In this document: positions 15,689 through 25,010 of the stretch, piece after piece | How positions within the stretch are numbered: the first letter of the stretch is position 1 | How the letters are laid out: the number at the start of each line of letters is the position of its first letter | Source of the DNA: an uncultured Caulobacteraceae bacterium | Lineage (GTDB): Bacteria > Pseudomonadota > Alphaproteobacteria > Caulobacterales > Caulobacteraceae | DNA length: 64,000 nt | Assembly (NCBI GenBank): GCA_964432415.1 | Contig: CAYSNW010000008.1 | Coordinates: forward strand, 15,726-79,725 | Direction: 5' to 3' | The notes under the pieces: generated by a model | What the model was told of the DNA's origin: nothing | The model's input: only the letters and a program-made list of their open reading frames with translations | Database searches by the model: none | Program-made: the position numbers and the translations under genes

Positions 15689-17483
15689 GGGCGGTCTCCC
15701 CCGGCTTGCGGTCCCCGATCAGCATCTGTTCCAGCGCGCGGGTGATGCGCTGCATGATCAGGCCCACTGCGATGCTGAGCGCGAAGAGGATCAGGGTGGT
15801 CATGACCGCCATCACCACATTGCCCAGCCGTCCGAAGATCGTGAAGAACTTCGGCCCCAGCTTGCTCTGCAGGGCCGCCAGCAGGGTGGAATAGACCTTG
15901 ATGCTGAGCCACAGCAGCACCGCGGCGTTGAGGATCAGCAGGCCGTTGCGCACCCGTCCGGCATGGCGTTCGTCCGCCGTGGCCCGCGCGCGCCAGGCCA
16001 GGGTCGCGCCCCGCGTCGCCCAGCCCGACACTGCCGCCAGCAGCAGCATGAAGGAGGCCAGCTGGGCCGGGTCGAGGCTCGGGAAGCCGGCACGGTTGAT
16101 GAAGGCGATGGAGCTGAAGGGCGGGTAGTAGCGATCGAGCGGGACGTGAAACAGCACCAGCAGCGCCGCCCCCATGGCCGCGAACGACAGGGCGCTCTCG
16201 CCGTTGAAGCGCAGCTTCAGGTCGGGCTCGGTGCGGCCCGGCGGACGGTCCGGTCGCATCACGAACCAGCCCAGCAGCAACACGATCAGAATGATCTGCA
16301 GCACCGTCAGCTTGAGCACCGGGAGCATGAGATTGAGCAGGAGCGTGTTCCACACCATCGGGCCCCAGGTCTGGGGCAGGCGCGACAGTCCCAGCACGAT
16401 CACGGCGACGGCGGCGCTCGCCAGCCAGACGTCGATCCAGAGGAACCAGGGCGCCCGTCGCGGCTTCGGCGCGGCTGCCAGGCGCTCCAACTCCTCGAGC
16501 CGCAGCTCGAGCATGCGTTCGCTCTGAAACAGCTCGTTGCGCCGGACCATGTGACGGACTTCGGCCTGGGCGTACCCCATCTGGGCTCGAAGGCGGTCGC
16601 GGTGGGACTCGAACGCCCAGCCGGCAGGCCCCCCGGCCAGGAAGCCGCGGCCGCGCCGGTGGCAGGCGTCGACGAAATCCACGAGCAGGTCGCGCACGCT
16701 GGGCGGCCTCTCGCCCCGGCTGTTGGCGGCCCACCGGCCTTCCATCACCGAGAGAGTCAGCAGGGCAAGCAGGCACACAGCGGCGAAGAACAGCCCATGC
16801 AGCATCACCGTGTCGAAGAGCTTCAGGAAGCCTTGCTCGGGCCGGTAGGGTCCGAATGTCGCGAGCTGATAGGTCCAGACCGCCTCGTGCAGAGTCACGA
16901 GCGCGAAGACCGCCAGCGTGACCGGAATGGCGTAGCGCCGCTTGCGGGCGAAACGCAGCATCGCCGCCAGGGTCAGGCAGATCAGTCCCATGGCCCAGGC
17001 CACCCCGGCCAGGGCGAAGTCGCCGCGGAAGCCGAGGATCACGTCCGTCGGCTGGGCGCTCCAGGTGAACTGCCACGGGGGAAACAGGGTGAAGCCCTTC
17101 AGCGCCGCCCCCTTGGCGCCGGCCGCCAGCACCCCGCCCACCAGCTCGAAGCCCAGGCCCAGGGCGAAAGCCAGAAGGAAGGCGTCGGCGATGCTGGTCA
17201 GGCGGAAATTGCGCTGGAAGAACAGGTAGGTGATCACCGGCGACAGCAGCACCATGTTGCGCATGGCGACCCGCAGCACCTCGTTCAGGAACGGATGGCC
17301 GTAGTCGCCCAGGGGGTAGGGGACGATGAACTTCTCGGCCAGGGGCGCGGCGGTCACCGCCATCAGGGCGCCCAGCGCGGCGAAAGCCAGGAGCGTGCGC
17401 GCCGACAGGGTCCCACGGCCCGCGAACAGGCGAACGATCAGCGCGGTCCAGGCCGCCATCAGGAGCAGTTCGAGCAACGCCAT
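15666..17483 (-). CDS. hypothetical large polytopic membrane protein (605 aa, at least 12 TM with a central cytoplasmic helical segment), first gene of the cassette
   Basis: In-frame ATG at 17481-17483 (MALLELLLMAAWTALIV...). The central segment HMVRRNELFQSERMLELRLEELERL separates two TM bundles. Confidence 0.7.
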   Translation of the reverse strand: MALLELLLMAAWTALIVRLFAGRGTLSARTLLAFAALGALMAVTAAPLAEKFIVPYPLGDYGHPFLNEVLRVAMRNMVLLSPVITYLFFQRNFRLTSIADAFLLAFALGLGFELVGGVLAAGAKGAALKGFTLFPPWQFTWSAQPTDVILGFRGDFALAGVAWAMGLICLTLAAMLRFARKRRYAIPVTLAVFALVTLHEAVWTYQLATFGPYRPEQGFLKLFDTVMLHGLFFAAVCLLALLTLSVMEGRWAANSRGERPPSVRDLLVDFVDACHRRGRGFLAGGPAGWAFESHRDRLRAQMGYAQAEVRHMVRRNELFQSERMLELRLEELERLAAAPKPRRAPWFLWIDVWLASAAVAVIVLGLSRLPQTWGPMVWNTLLLNLMLPVLKLTVLQIILIVLLLGWFVMRPDRPPGRTEPDLKLRFNGESALSFAAMGAALLVLFHVPLDRYYPPFSSIAFINRAGFPSLDPAQLASFMLLLAAVSGWATRGATLAWRARATADERHAGRVRNGLLILNAAVLLWLSIKVYSTLLAALQSKLGPKFFTIFGRLGNVVMAVMTTLILFALSIAVGLIMQRITRALEQMLIGDRKPGETARVVHAAD

Positions 17484-17723
17484 GCATCGTCTTTCGCAGC
17501 GAATGAAAGCCGGGGCGGCGAGGGGGCCTCGCCATGCACTCGGGAGGCGACGCGGACTCTGAACGGTCACTGGCGCCGGCCCTGAGGCGGCGGGCGCGCA
17601 CCGCCAAGGGTTAGCACAGGCGCGGCCCGCTGCAACATCGTGGAACGACGCGGTCGGAGCCGCTCGCACCGCCTGTCCCCGAATTAACTTGCCCGTCAGC
17701 CCATGCTCGGCCGAGCTAGCCCG

Positions 17724-19061
17724 ATGTGGACCCGACGCGCCTTTTCAGCCCTCGCCCTTGCCGGCGCCGCCGGTTCCACCCACGCCGCGACACCCCCGCG
17801 GGTCAGGCGGCGCGACGAGGTCCGCGCCTGGCGGCTGCAGGCGGAGACCACCCACCCGCGCGGACGGGAGGCGGCCGCCGACCCGGGCTGGTGGTCCCTG
17901 GCCGACGGTCTGGAGCGGGAAGCCGACTCCCTCGACCTGGGGACCTATGTCGCGCGGATGTACCGGCTTGCAGCCTGGTTCCGCGATGGCCACACCACCT
18001 TCTATTTCTCCCAGCTGCACGGCGGGCCATTCGATCTCGCCCTGCCGATGGCCGCGCGGGCCTTCTATGACGGGCTCTACGTGACCCAGGCGGCAGATGA
18101 GGCCCTGCCCGTGCTGGGCGGCAGGATCGTTGCGGTCAACGACACGCCGGTCGAAGCGGTCATGCGCGCCTTCGCCGACATCTGGCCGAGCAATAATCCG
18201 GCCTGGGCCCACCATGACGCGGGGTTGCTGTTCGCAAACGCGGGCCTGCTACATGGCCTCGGCGTCGCCCGGGGCGGCGACGATCAAGCCATCGCCATCC
18301 AGGTGAAAGGCGCCGACGGGAGCGTGCGCTCCGAACGGCTGAAGCCGCGCGCCGGCGCGAAGCCCGCCCTGGCGCCGGTCACGCGCGAGAAGTCGCGGAT
18401 TGAGACCTGGGCTACCACCCAGAGCGGCGGCAACTGGATCCATCCGCTTCCGGAAGCCAGGGCGGTCTACGTCGCCTTCGATGACCTGAGCGTGCCGATC
18501 GGCGACGCCATGAGCTTCAGCCACGCCGTGCTGGCGGCCGCAGAGGAACCCACCGTCGAGCGCCTGATCCTCGACCTGCGCCGCAACGGCGGCGGCAACA
18601 ACCTGCTGGGCGAACCGCTGCGCCACGGGCTGGAGCGCTCCCGCCTGAACCACCCCGGGGGCCTCTACGTCCTGGCCGGCCCTCAGACCTTCTCCGCGGC
18701 CCAGAACTTCTGCACGCGAATGGAGCGCGAGACCGCCACCCGCTTCGTGGGCGAGCCCACCGGCGGCGCGCCCAACCACTACGGCGACGCAGGCCATTTC
18801 AAGGGCGCCGCCACCGGTCTGGAGGGCGGGATCTCGACCCTGCCCTGGTTCGACTCCAACCCCCAGGACAAGCGCGTCTGGCTCGCGCCGGACATCCCCG
18901 CGCCGCGGCTGTGGGCCGACTGGATCGCCGGACGGGACACGGCGCTTGACGCCGCCCTCGCCGACCAGGCCAGCGGCCCGGCCAACGACTTCACCCAGGA
19001 CCGGGTGTTCCCCTGGCGGCGCAAGAGCCAGGACCTGGAGTGGAAGCCGTTCTGGCGGTGA
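17724..19061 (+). CDS. secreted S41-family serine peptidase (C-terminal processing, tricorn-core type)
   Basis: Signal peptide MWTRRAFSALALAGAAGSTHA. S41 motif LILDLRRNGGGN. Divergent from the cassette promoter. Confidence 0.8.
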   Translation: MWTRRAFSALALAGAAGSTHAATPPRVRRRDEVRAWRLQAETTHPRGREAAADPGWWSLADGLEREADSLDLGTYVARMYRLAAWFRDGHTTFYFSQLHGGPFDLALPMAARAFYDGLYVTQAADEALPVLGGRIVAVNDTPVEAVMRAFADIWPSNNPAWAHHDAGLLFANAGLLHGLGVARGGDDQAIAIQVKGADGSVRSERLKPRAGAKPALAPVTREKSRIETWATTQSGGNWIHPLPEARAVYVAFDDLSVPIGDAMSFSHAVLAAAEEPTVERLILDLRRNGGGNNLLGEPLRHGLERSRLNHPGGLYVLAGPQTFSAAQNFCTRMERETATRFVGEPTGGAPNHYGDAGHFKGAATGLEGGISTLPWFDSNPQDKRVWLAPDIPAPRLWADWIAGRDTALDAALADQASGPANDFTQDRVFPWRRKSQDLEWKPFWR

Positions 19062-19153
19062 GCGCCGGCCACGACGGACCCGCTTGCCCACAGCCAAGCT
19101 GGCGTGCGACGTCTTCGTTCGGCTGACAGGCCGGAAAACGGGGAGGTGTTCGC

Positions 19154-19558
19154 ATGAGTGCCCGACAGCATCTGGCCGGCGCTATCGCCGCCTTGCTCGC
19201 CCTGACGGCGCCGGCCGCGGCCTCTCCGCCGCCCCACTACCTGCCCGATCAGACCATCCTGGGCCTGAAGATCACCGGCCTGATGATCTTTCCCTTCCAC
19301 TCTGGCGTGCGCTGCCGGATTTCCGATCCGTCGCATGTCGGCGGCATCGTGAAACTGACCCTGGGCTACTGGGACCCTGCCGGCGCCACGGCGCCCTTCG
19401 CCACCGTCGCGAACAGCAGCCTGCTGGTTCCCGTGGTCGGATCGGTGGCGTGCAACCTGCCCGACCTGCCGGGCGCCTTCCACCACATCGACCACATCAC
19501 CCTGACCGTGACCAAGGGCTCAGTCTCCAGCTCCAAGACGGTGCACATCGGCTGGTGA
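19154..19558 (+). CDS. small secreted hypothetical protein (134 aa)
   Basis: GGGGAGG RBS. Signal peptide ...LLALTAPAAASPP. Coding-type codon bias. Confidence 0.6.
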   Translation: MSARQHLAGAIAALLALTAPAAASPPPHYLPDQTILGLKITGLMIFPFHSGVRCRISDPSHVGGIVKLTLGYWDPAGATAPFATVANSSLLVPVVGSVACNLPDLPGAFHHIDHITLTVTKGSVSSSKTVHIGW

Positions 19559-19564
19559 TGAGGA

Positions 19565-19654
19565 TGGCGGACGGGGTGGGATTCGAACCCACGGTAGGCT
19601 CTCACCTACGGCGGTTTTCAAGACCGCTGCCTTAAACCACTCGGCCACCCGTCC
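19565..19654 (-). tRNA. tRNA-Ser (anticodon UGA), 90 nt with a long variable arm and encoded CCA
   Basis: Reverse complement reads GGACGGGTGGCCGAGTGGTTTAAGGCAGCGGTCTTGAAAACCGCCGTAGGTGAGAGCCTACCGTGGGTTCGAATCCCACCCCGTCCGCCA. Anticodon loop CTTGAAA, T-arm GGTTCGAATCC, and a 7-bp acceptor stem pairing GGACGGG with CCCGTCC. Confidence 0.85.
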
Positions 19655-19801
19655 GGGACGGGCGTCATAGCAAGTGGCGCGGGTCCTACAAACCTCGAAC
19701 GCAGGGCGCCTGCGTCAGGATCGGTCGACGACCCACAGCTTTTGCGCCGCAGGGCCGATCCTGCGCTTGCCTGGGACGGCGAAGCCGCCATTGTGCGGCG
19801 C

Positions 19802-20446
19802 GTGAAACGCGGACAATTCATCACCCTGGAAGGCGGCGAGGGCGCCGGGAAATCCACCCAGGCCCTGCGCCTGACCGCGCGCCTGCGCGCGCTCGGCCTG
19901 GAGGTCGTGCAGACGCGCGAGCCCGGCGGCTCCGACGGGGCGGAGGCTCTGCGATCGCTGCTGGTGCAAGGCGGCGCCGACCGCTGGTCGCCGATCGCCG
20001 AGGCGCTTTTGATGTATGCGGCCCGCTCGGACCATCTGGACCGGGTGATCCGCCCGGCGCTGGACCGGGGCGCCTGGGTGGTCTGCGACCGCTTCGCCGA
20101 TTCGACCCGGGCCTATCAGGGCGCCGGCGGTGGCGTCCCGGCCTCGGTGGTCGAGGAGATCGACCGCGCGGTGGTCGGCGCCGACCAGCCGGACCTGACC
20201 CTGATCTTCGACCTGCCGGTGGAGGTGGGGCTGGAGCGCGCCCATGCGCGCGGCGGCGACGCCCGCTTCGAGTCCAAGGGCCTGGAGTTCCACACCCGCC
20301 TGCGCGCCCTGTTCCTGGCGCTCGCCGACCAGCAGCCGGACCGCTGCGTGCGCATCGACGCCCACGCCCAGGTCGACGACGTGGCCGAACGGGTCTGGCG
20401 GGCGGTCGAGACCCGGCTGCTGGACGGCGCGGTCTTCGATGCCTGA
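19802..20446 (+). CDS. tmk: thymidylate kinase
   Basis: KRGQFITLEGGEGAGKST P-loop and DRF...SxxAYQG motifs. GTG start chosen by homology; the ORF-track start at 19742 is a TTG. Confidence 0.85.
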   Translation: MKRGQFITLEGGEGAGKSTQALRLTARLRALGLEVVQTREPGGSDGAEALRSLLVQGGADRWSPIAEALLMYAARSDHLDRVIRPALDRGAWVVCDRFADSTRAYQGAGGGVPASVVEEIDRAVVGADQPDLTLIFDLPVEVGLERAHARGGDARFESKGLEFHTRLRALFLALADQQPDRCVRIDAHAQVDDVAERVWRAVETRLLDGAVFDA

Positions 20447-21428
20447 GCTGGCTCACCCGCGCGACGTCTATGACTACCGGGGCGGCGAGACGGTGGAGGC
20501 GACCTTTCTCGACGCCCTGGCCCGGGGGCGGCTGCACCACGCCTGGCTGCTGACCGGGCCCGAGGGCATCGGCAAGGCGACCTTCGCCTACCGCGCCGCG
20601 CGGCGGCTGTTGGGGGGCGCGCCGGACGACCGCTACGGCCTGCTGGGGGTGGCCCCGGAGGATGCGGAGGCGCGGCTGGTCGCGGCCCGCTCCCACCCAG
20701 ACCTGCTGGTGCTGGAGCGTCAGAGCGAGGACGGCAAGGTCAAGAAGTTCATCAGCGTGGACGACGCCCGGGCCCTGCCGGATTTCTTCGCCCGCTCGCC
20801 CTCCCGGTCGAAATACCGGGTGGCCATTGTCGACGCCGCCGACGACATGAACGTCAATGCAGCCAACGCCTTGCTGAAGACTCTGGAGGAACCGCCTGAG
20901 CGGGGCGTGCTGCTGCTGGTCGCCCATGCGCCGGGCAGGCTGGTGGCCACCATCCGCTCGCGCTGCCGCCGGCTGGCCTTCCGGCCCTGGAGCGACGACG
21001 CGGTCGCGGCCTTCCTCTCCGCGCGCTCGGAGCTGGGCATGGAACAGGTCGAGGCGGTGGCGCGCATGGCGCGTGGCGCGCCGGGACGGGCCCTGACGCT
21101 GGCGGCCGGCGAAGCGCTGGAGTTCGACGCCCTGGCCCGCGACCTGGTCTCGGGCGAATACCCCGGCGAGGCGGCGCTGCTGCATCTGACCGACAAGTTC
21201 CGCGGCGCCGAGGGCCAGATCCGCTTCGAGCTGCTGTTCGAACGCCTTGCCGAGGCCGTGCGCGAGCGGGCGATCGGGGAGGGGGGAGCATCGGTTGAAC
21301 GCTGGGCGACCCTGTGGGACAAGCTGGCCGCCGCGCCGGGTGAGGCGGACGCCATCAACCTGGACCGCGCAGACGTGTTCTGGACCCTGACCGGCGAACT
21401 CAAGGCCCTGCGCGCCCAGACCGGATAA
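20439..21428 (+). CDS. holB: DNA polymerase III delta-prime subunit
   Basis: HHAWLLTGPEGIGKATFAYRAARRLL with the RSRC SRC motif. The ATG overlaps the tmk stop. Confidence 0.8.
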   Translation: MPELAHPRDVYDYRGGETVEATFLDALARGRLHHAWLLTGPEGIGKATFAYRAARRLLGGAPDDRYGLLGVAPEDAEARLVAARSHPDLLVLERQSEDGKVKKFISVDDARALPDFFARSPSRSKYRVAIVDAADDMNVNAANALLKTLEEPPERGVLLLVAHAPGRLVATIRSRCRRLAFRPWSDDAVAAFLSARSELGMEQVEAVARMARGAPGRALTLAAGEALEFDALARDLVSGEYPGEAALLHLTDKFRGAEGQIRFELLFERLAEAVRERAIGEGGASVERWATLWDKLAAAPGEADAINLDRADVFWTLTGELKALRAQTG

Positions 21429-21438
21429 GCCAGGCGCC

Positions 21439-22230
21439 ATGCTCATCGACAGCCACGTCAACCTGCACGCCCCCCAGTTCGACGAGGACCGCGACGCCGT
21501 GATCGCGCGCGCCCGCGAGGCCGGCATCGGCCTGATGGTCGAGATCTCCGACCGGCTGTCGAGCTTCGAGGCGACCCACGCCATCGCCATGGCCCACCCC
21601 GACATCTGGTGCACGGTGGGGACCCATCCACACGAGGCCAGGGAAGACCCGGACCTCGACGCCACGACGCTGATCGCCCTGGCGGGCCGTCCACGGGTCG
21701 TGGGCATCGGCGAGTGCGGGCTGGACTTCCACTACGATCTCAGCCCCCGCGAGGTTCAGGCGCGCGTGTTCCGCGCCCACTGCGCCGCGGCGCGCGAGAC
21801 CGGTCTGCCGCTGGTGGTTCACACCCGCGAGGCGGACGCGGTAATGGGCGAAATCCTGCGCGAGGAGCACGGCGAGGGCGCGTTCAAGCTGCTAATGCAC
21901 TGCTACACATCCGGGCCGGAACTGGCGAAAATTGCTGCGGAACTCGGCGCCTGGTTCTCGGTCTCCGGCATTGCGACCTTCAAGGCCGCCGAAGAGGTGC
22001 GGGCCATCATCCGCGACATGCCGGCCAACCGGATCATCGTGGAGACCGACTGCCCCTACCTGGCGCCTGTTCCGATGCGGGGCCGCCGCAACGAGCCGGC
22101 CTACATCCCCTTCATCCTCGACAAGCTGGCGGAGGTCCGAGGCTGGGGCGCCGAAGAAGCCGAGCGGCGCACCGAAGACGCCTTCTTCGCCCTGTTCGAC
22201 CGGATCCCCAGACCCGAGAAGCCTGCATGA
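21439..22230 (+). CDS. tatD: TatD-family metal-dependent hydrolase/DNase
   Basis: MLIDSHVNLH...GIGECGLDFHYD...VVHTREA...IVETDCPY. Confidence 0.9.
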   Translation: MLIDSHVNLHAPQFDEDRDAVIARAREAGIGLMVEISDRLSSFEATHAIAMAHPDIWCTVGTHPHEAREDPDLDATTLIALAGRPRVVGIGECGLDFHYDLSPREVQARVFRAHCAAARETGLPLVVHTREADAVMGEILREEHGEGAFKLLMHCYTSGPELAKIAAELGAWFSVSGIATFKAAEEVRAIIRDMPANRIIVETDCPYLAPVPMRGRRNEPAYIPFILDKLAEVRGWGAEEAERRTEDAFFALFDRIPRPEKPA

Positions 22231-23036
22231 GCGGCCGGCTGGAGATCACGCTGCTCGGCACCGGCTCCTCCGGGGGCGTGCCGCGCGCCGACGGGAACTG
22301 GGGCGTCTGCGATCCTGCCGAGCCGCGCAATCGTCGCACCCGCTGTTCGATGCTGGTGCGCCGCCTGGGCGACGAGGGGGGAGGGCTGACCACCGTGGTG
22401 GTCGACACCTCGCCGGATTTCCGCCTGCAGATGGCCGAGGCCGGCGCGCGGCGGCTGGACGCAGTGCTCTACACCCACGACCACGCCGACCAGTGTCACG
22501 GCATCGACGACATCCGCGCCTTCGCCATGACCGCCCAGCGGCGCGCGCCCTGCTACATGGACCCGGCGACCTACGAGAGCCTGACCCAGCGCTTCCGCTA
22601 CATCTTCTTCGGCGAACAGGGCTATCCAGCGATCTGCGAGGCGCATCCGCTGCCGCCCTGGGGCGAGCCATTCCAGATCGGCGGACCGTCCGGCCCCGTG
22701 CCGGTGACCACCTTCGAGCAGGAACACGGCCCGATCAGTTCGGTCGGCTACCGCTTCGGCGGCGTGGCCTACTCCAGCGATGTCTCCGGACTGTCCGACA
22801 AGGCGCTGGCGTCGCTGGAAAATCTCGACGTCTGGATTGTCGACGCCCTGCGCCTGAAGCCGCATCCGACCCACGCCAACCTGGACCAGGCCCTGCGCTG
22901 GATCGAGCAACTCAAGCCGGCGCGCGCGGTGCTGACCAACATGCACGTGGACATGGACTACGCCACGCTTTCGGCCGAGCTGCCGCCCGGCGTCGAGGCG
23001 GGCTACGACGGCTGGCGCGCCGAGGTCGATCTCTGA
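22227..23036 (+). CDS. MBL-fold metallo-hydrolase (PhnP/ElaC-like)
   Basis: Start MSGRLEITLLGTGSSGGVP is in frame inside ORF 21609..23036 and overlaps the tatD stop (ATGA). HTHDHADQCHG metal-binding motif. Confidence 0.8.
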   Translation: MSGRLEITLLGTGSSGGVPRADGNWGVCDPAEPRNRRTRCSMLVRRLGDEGGGLTTVVVDTSPDFRLQMAEAGARRLDAVLYTHDHADQCHGIDDIRAFAMTAQRRAPCYMDPATYESLTQRFRYIFFGEQGYPAICEAHPLPPWGEPFQIGGPSGPVPVTTFEQEHGPISSVGYRFGGVAYSSDVSGLSDKALASLENLDVWIVDALRLKPHPTHANLDQALRWIEQLKPARAVLTNMHVDMDYATLSAELPPGVEAGYDGWRAEVDL

Positions 23037-24884
23037 TCAGCCGCGCTTGATGTCCTCGTCGACGATCCGCGCCAGCACGGTCAGCGGCACGCTGCCCGAC
23101 AGCACCATCAGGTCGTTGAAGCGCTTCAGATCGAACTTCGGCCCAAGCGCCGCCTTGGCCTTGTCGCGCAGGCGGATGATCTCGGAGTGGCCGATCTTGT
23201 AGCCGCAGGCCTGGCCAGGAGTGGCGACATAGCGGTCGACTTCACCCAGCATGGCCTGGCGCGGCCGCCCGCTGTGCTCCAGCAGGAAGTCCAGCGCCTT
23301 TTCCCGGGTCCAGCGCTTGGCGTGCAGTCCGGTGTCGACCACCAGGCGGCAGGCCCGGAAGTGCAGGGCCTGCAGGTAGCCGAGCTTTCCGAAGGGATCA
23401 TCCTCGTACATGCCCAGTTCGTCGGCCAGCTGCTCGGCGTAGAGCGCCCAGCCCTCCACATAGGCGTTGAACTGCATCAGCGAGCGGATCAGCGGCAGAT
23501 GGCTGGCGTAGTCGCCCTGCCAGACGTGGCCCGGGACCGTCTCGTGGAAGGTGAGGGTGGGCAGGGCAAAGCGCGGCCAGTTCTTGGTGCTCTTCAGGTT
23601 GATGTAGTAGGTCGCCGGCCGGGCCCCATCGACCGAGCCGTCGAACTCGTAGCCGTTGGGCGCCCCGTCCTGGATCTCCGGCGGCACCCGGCGCACGACC
23701 ACATTGGCCTTGGGCAGGGTGTTGAACGCCTGGCCGAGCCGGGGCCGGATCGCGGCGATGCGTCCGTTCAGATAGTCGATGATCTGGGCCCGGCCCTCGT
23801 CGGTGTCCGGGTAGAGGAACTTCGGATCCTTGGCCAAGGCCGCCATGCGCGCGCCCACGCCGCCCTGGTTCAACCCCTGCGCCTTAAGAAGGCCGTCCAT
23901 GCGCCCCTCCAGCTCCGCCACCTGTTCCAGGCCCATCCTGTGGATCTGGCCGGCGTTCAGGGTCGTGGTGGTCCCGCAGCGCAGCTGCCAGGCGTAGTAG
24001 GCCTCGCCCTTCGGCAATTTCCAGACGCCCGCGTCGGAGGTCGCCTTGGCCCGGATGGTCTTCAGCGCCGCGATCTGGCGCGCCACCGCCGGCGCCACGC
24101 GCTTGTGGCACAGCGCCAGCGCCCGGGCTGCGTGATCGCCTGAAACGTTCTTCTCCTTCATCCGGCGCGCGAGGGAGGTGACCAGGGTCCAGCTCTCCGG
24201 ACCACTCTTCAGAAAGCCCTTCAGCTGGCCGGAGATGTTGTCGTTGATGAAGCCCGGCGCATTGACCCCGCGCCTGGCGTCGGCGACCAGGCGCACGCTT
24301 TCCTGATCCAGCTGGCGCGCGAAGGCCTCGACCCGCTCCAGATAGGCCTCGGCGTCCGAGGCGGTCTCGATCGGGTGCATGCTGTCCAGGAAGTCGGGGA
24401 TGGTCTGGAAGGCGCCGGTCATCTGGGTGACAGCGTAGGGCGAATTGTTCTCGCCCCATTGAGCCGACATCACCAGATCGTCGCCGTAGCCGAACTTCGA
24501 GCCCTGCAGCGCCTCCTCGTGCGCCTCCAGCGCCACGTCGTAATTGACCGCGTCGATGCCGGTCAGAGCCTTGCGGTCGATGGCCTTCAGCTCGGCGACC
24601 CGGTGGCTGTAGGCCGACGCGCGTTTCGCCGCCCCGGCGTCGGAGCGGTCGGTCAGCAGGTGGCGCAGCGGCGCCCGCGCGCCGGTGTCGACGCCACGGT
24701 AGGTCGCGTTCTCGGGGATCTCGCGGAAGAGGGCCTCCGTGGTCCTTTCCAGGAAGGCGTCGAGCTGGGCCTTGGCCGAACCCTTCGCGTGATGGCCGCG
24801 GGCGTGCTTGGCCAGAGCGTCCTGGGGGGCGGTGATTCCGGCGCAGACGGAGGAGGCGAGCAGGGCGCGGCGGCTGAGGCGCAT
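23037..24884 (-). CDS. DUF885-family putative metallopeptidase with a twin-arginine signal peptide
   Basis: MRLSRRALLASSVCAGI (RRxLL). HETVPGH segment typical of DUF885. The start at about 24884 is the internal Met of ORF 23037..24956. Confidence 0.75.
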   Translation of the reverse strand: MRLSRRALLASSVCAGITAPQDALAKHARGHHAKGSAKAQLDAFLERTTEALFREIPENATYRGVDTGARAPLRHLLTDRSDAGAAKRASAYSHRVAELKAIDRKALTGIDAVNYDVALEAHEEALQGSKFGYGDDLVMSAQWGENNSPYAVTQMTGAFQTIPDFLDSMHPIETASDAEAYLERVEAFARQLDQESVRLVADARRGVNAPGFINDNISGQLKGFLKSGPESWTLVTSLARRMKEKNVSGDHAARALALCHKRVAPAVARQIAALKTIRAKATSDAGVWKLPKGEAYYAWQLRCGTTTTLNAGQIHRMGLEQVAELEGRMDGLLKAQGLNQGGVGARMAALAKDPKFLYPDTDEGRAQIIDYLNGRIAAIRPRLGQAFNTLPKANVVVRRVPPEIQDGAPNGYEFDGSVDGARPATYYINLKSTKNWPRFALPTLTFHETVPGHVWQGDYASHLPLIRSLMQFNAYVEGWALYAEQLADELGMYEDDPFGKLGYLQALHFRACRLVVDTGLHAKRWTREKALDFLLEHSGRPRQAMLGEVDRYVATPGQACGYKIGHSEIIRLRDKAKAALGPKFDLKRFNDLMVLSGSVPLTVLARIVDEDIKRG

Positions 24885-25010
24885 GTGACGTGAGTCCCGA
24901 TGACGAAGGGTTCGGATATGAACCGTGCGCGCCGCCGCTGGCAACGCCTCGAACACGATGGGATCAGATCGGCTGATCGTTGAATCGTGCTCGGCATCTG
25001 GAGAACATGC

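Noticed and set aside
15541-17669. Overlapping long ORFs (688 aa minus-strand, 635 aa plus-strand, 667 aa with a 62-aa N-terminal extension)
   Set aside because: These are alternative frames or upstream extensions of the 605-aa membrane-protein gene. The hydrophobic frame starting at the ATG at 17481-17483 is the only one with membrane-protein character.
19565-19654. Prophage or integrative element at tRNA-Ser
   Set aside because: No integrase, excisionase or phage structural genes occur anywhere in the window, and no direct repeat of the tRNA 3' end was found at a plausible distal boundary. This is kept only as a low-confidence island hypothesis in the findings.
19821-21707. 628-aa minus-strand ORF
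   Set aside because: It is antisense to tmk and holB (both with clear motifs) and has an R/P/G-rich low-complexity translation.
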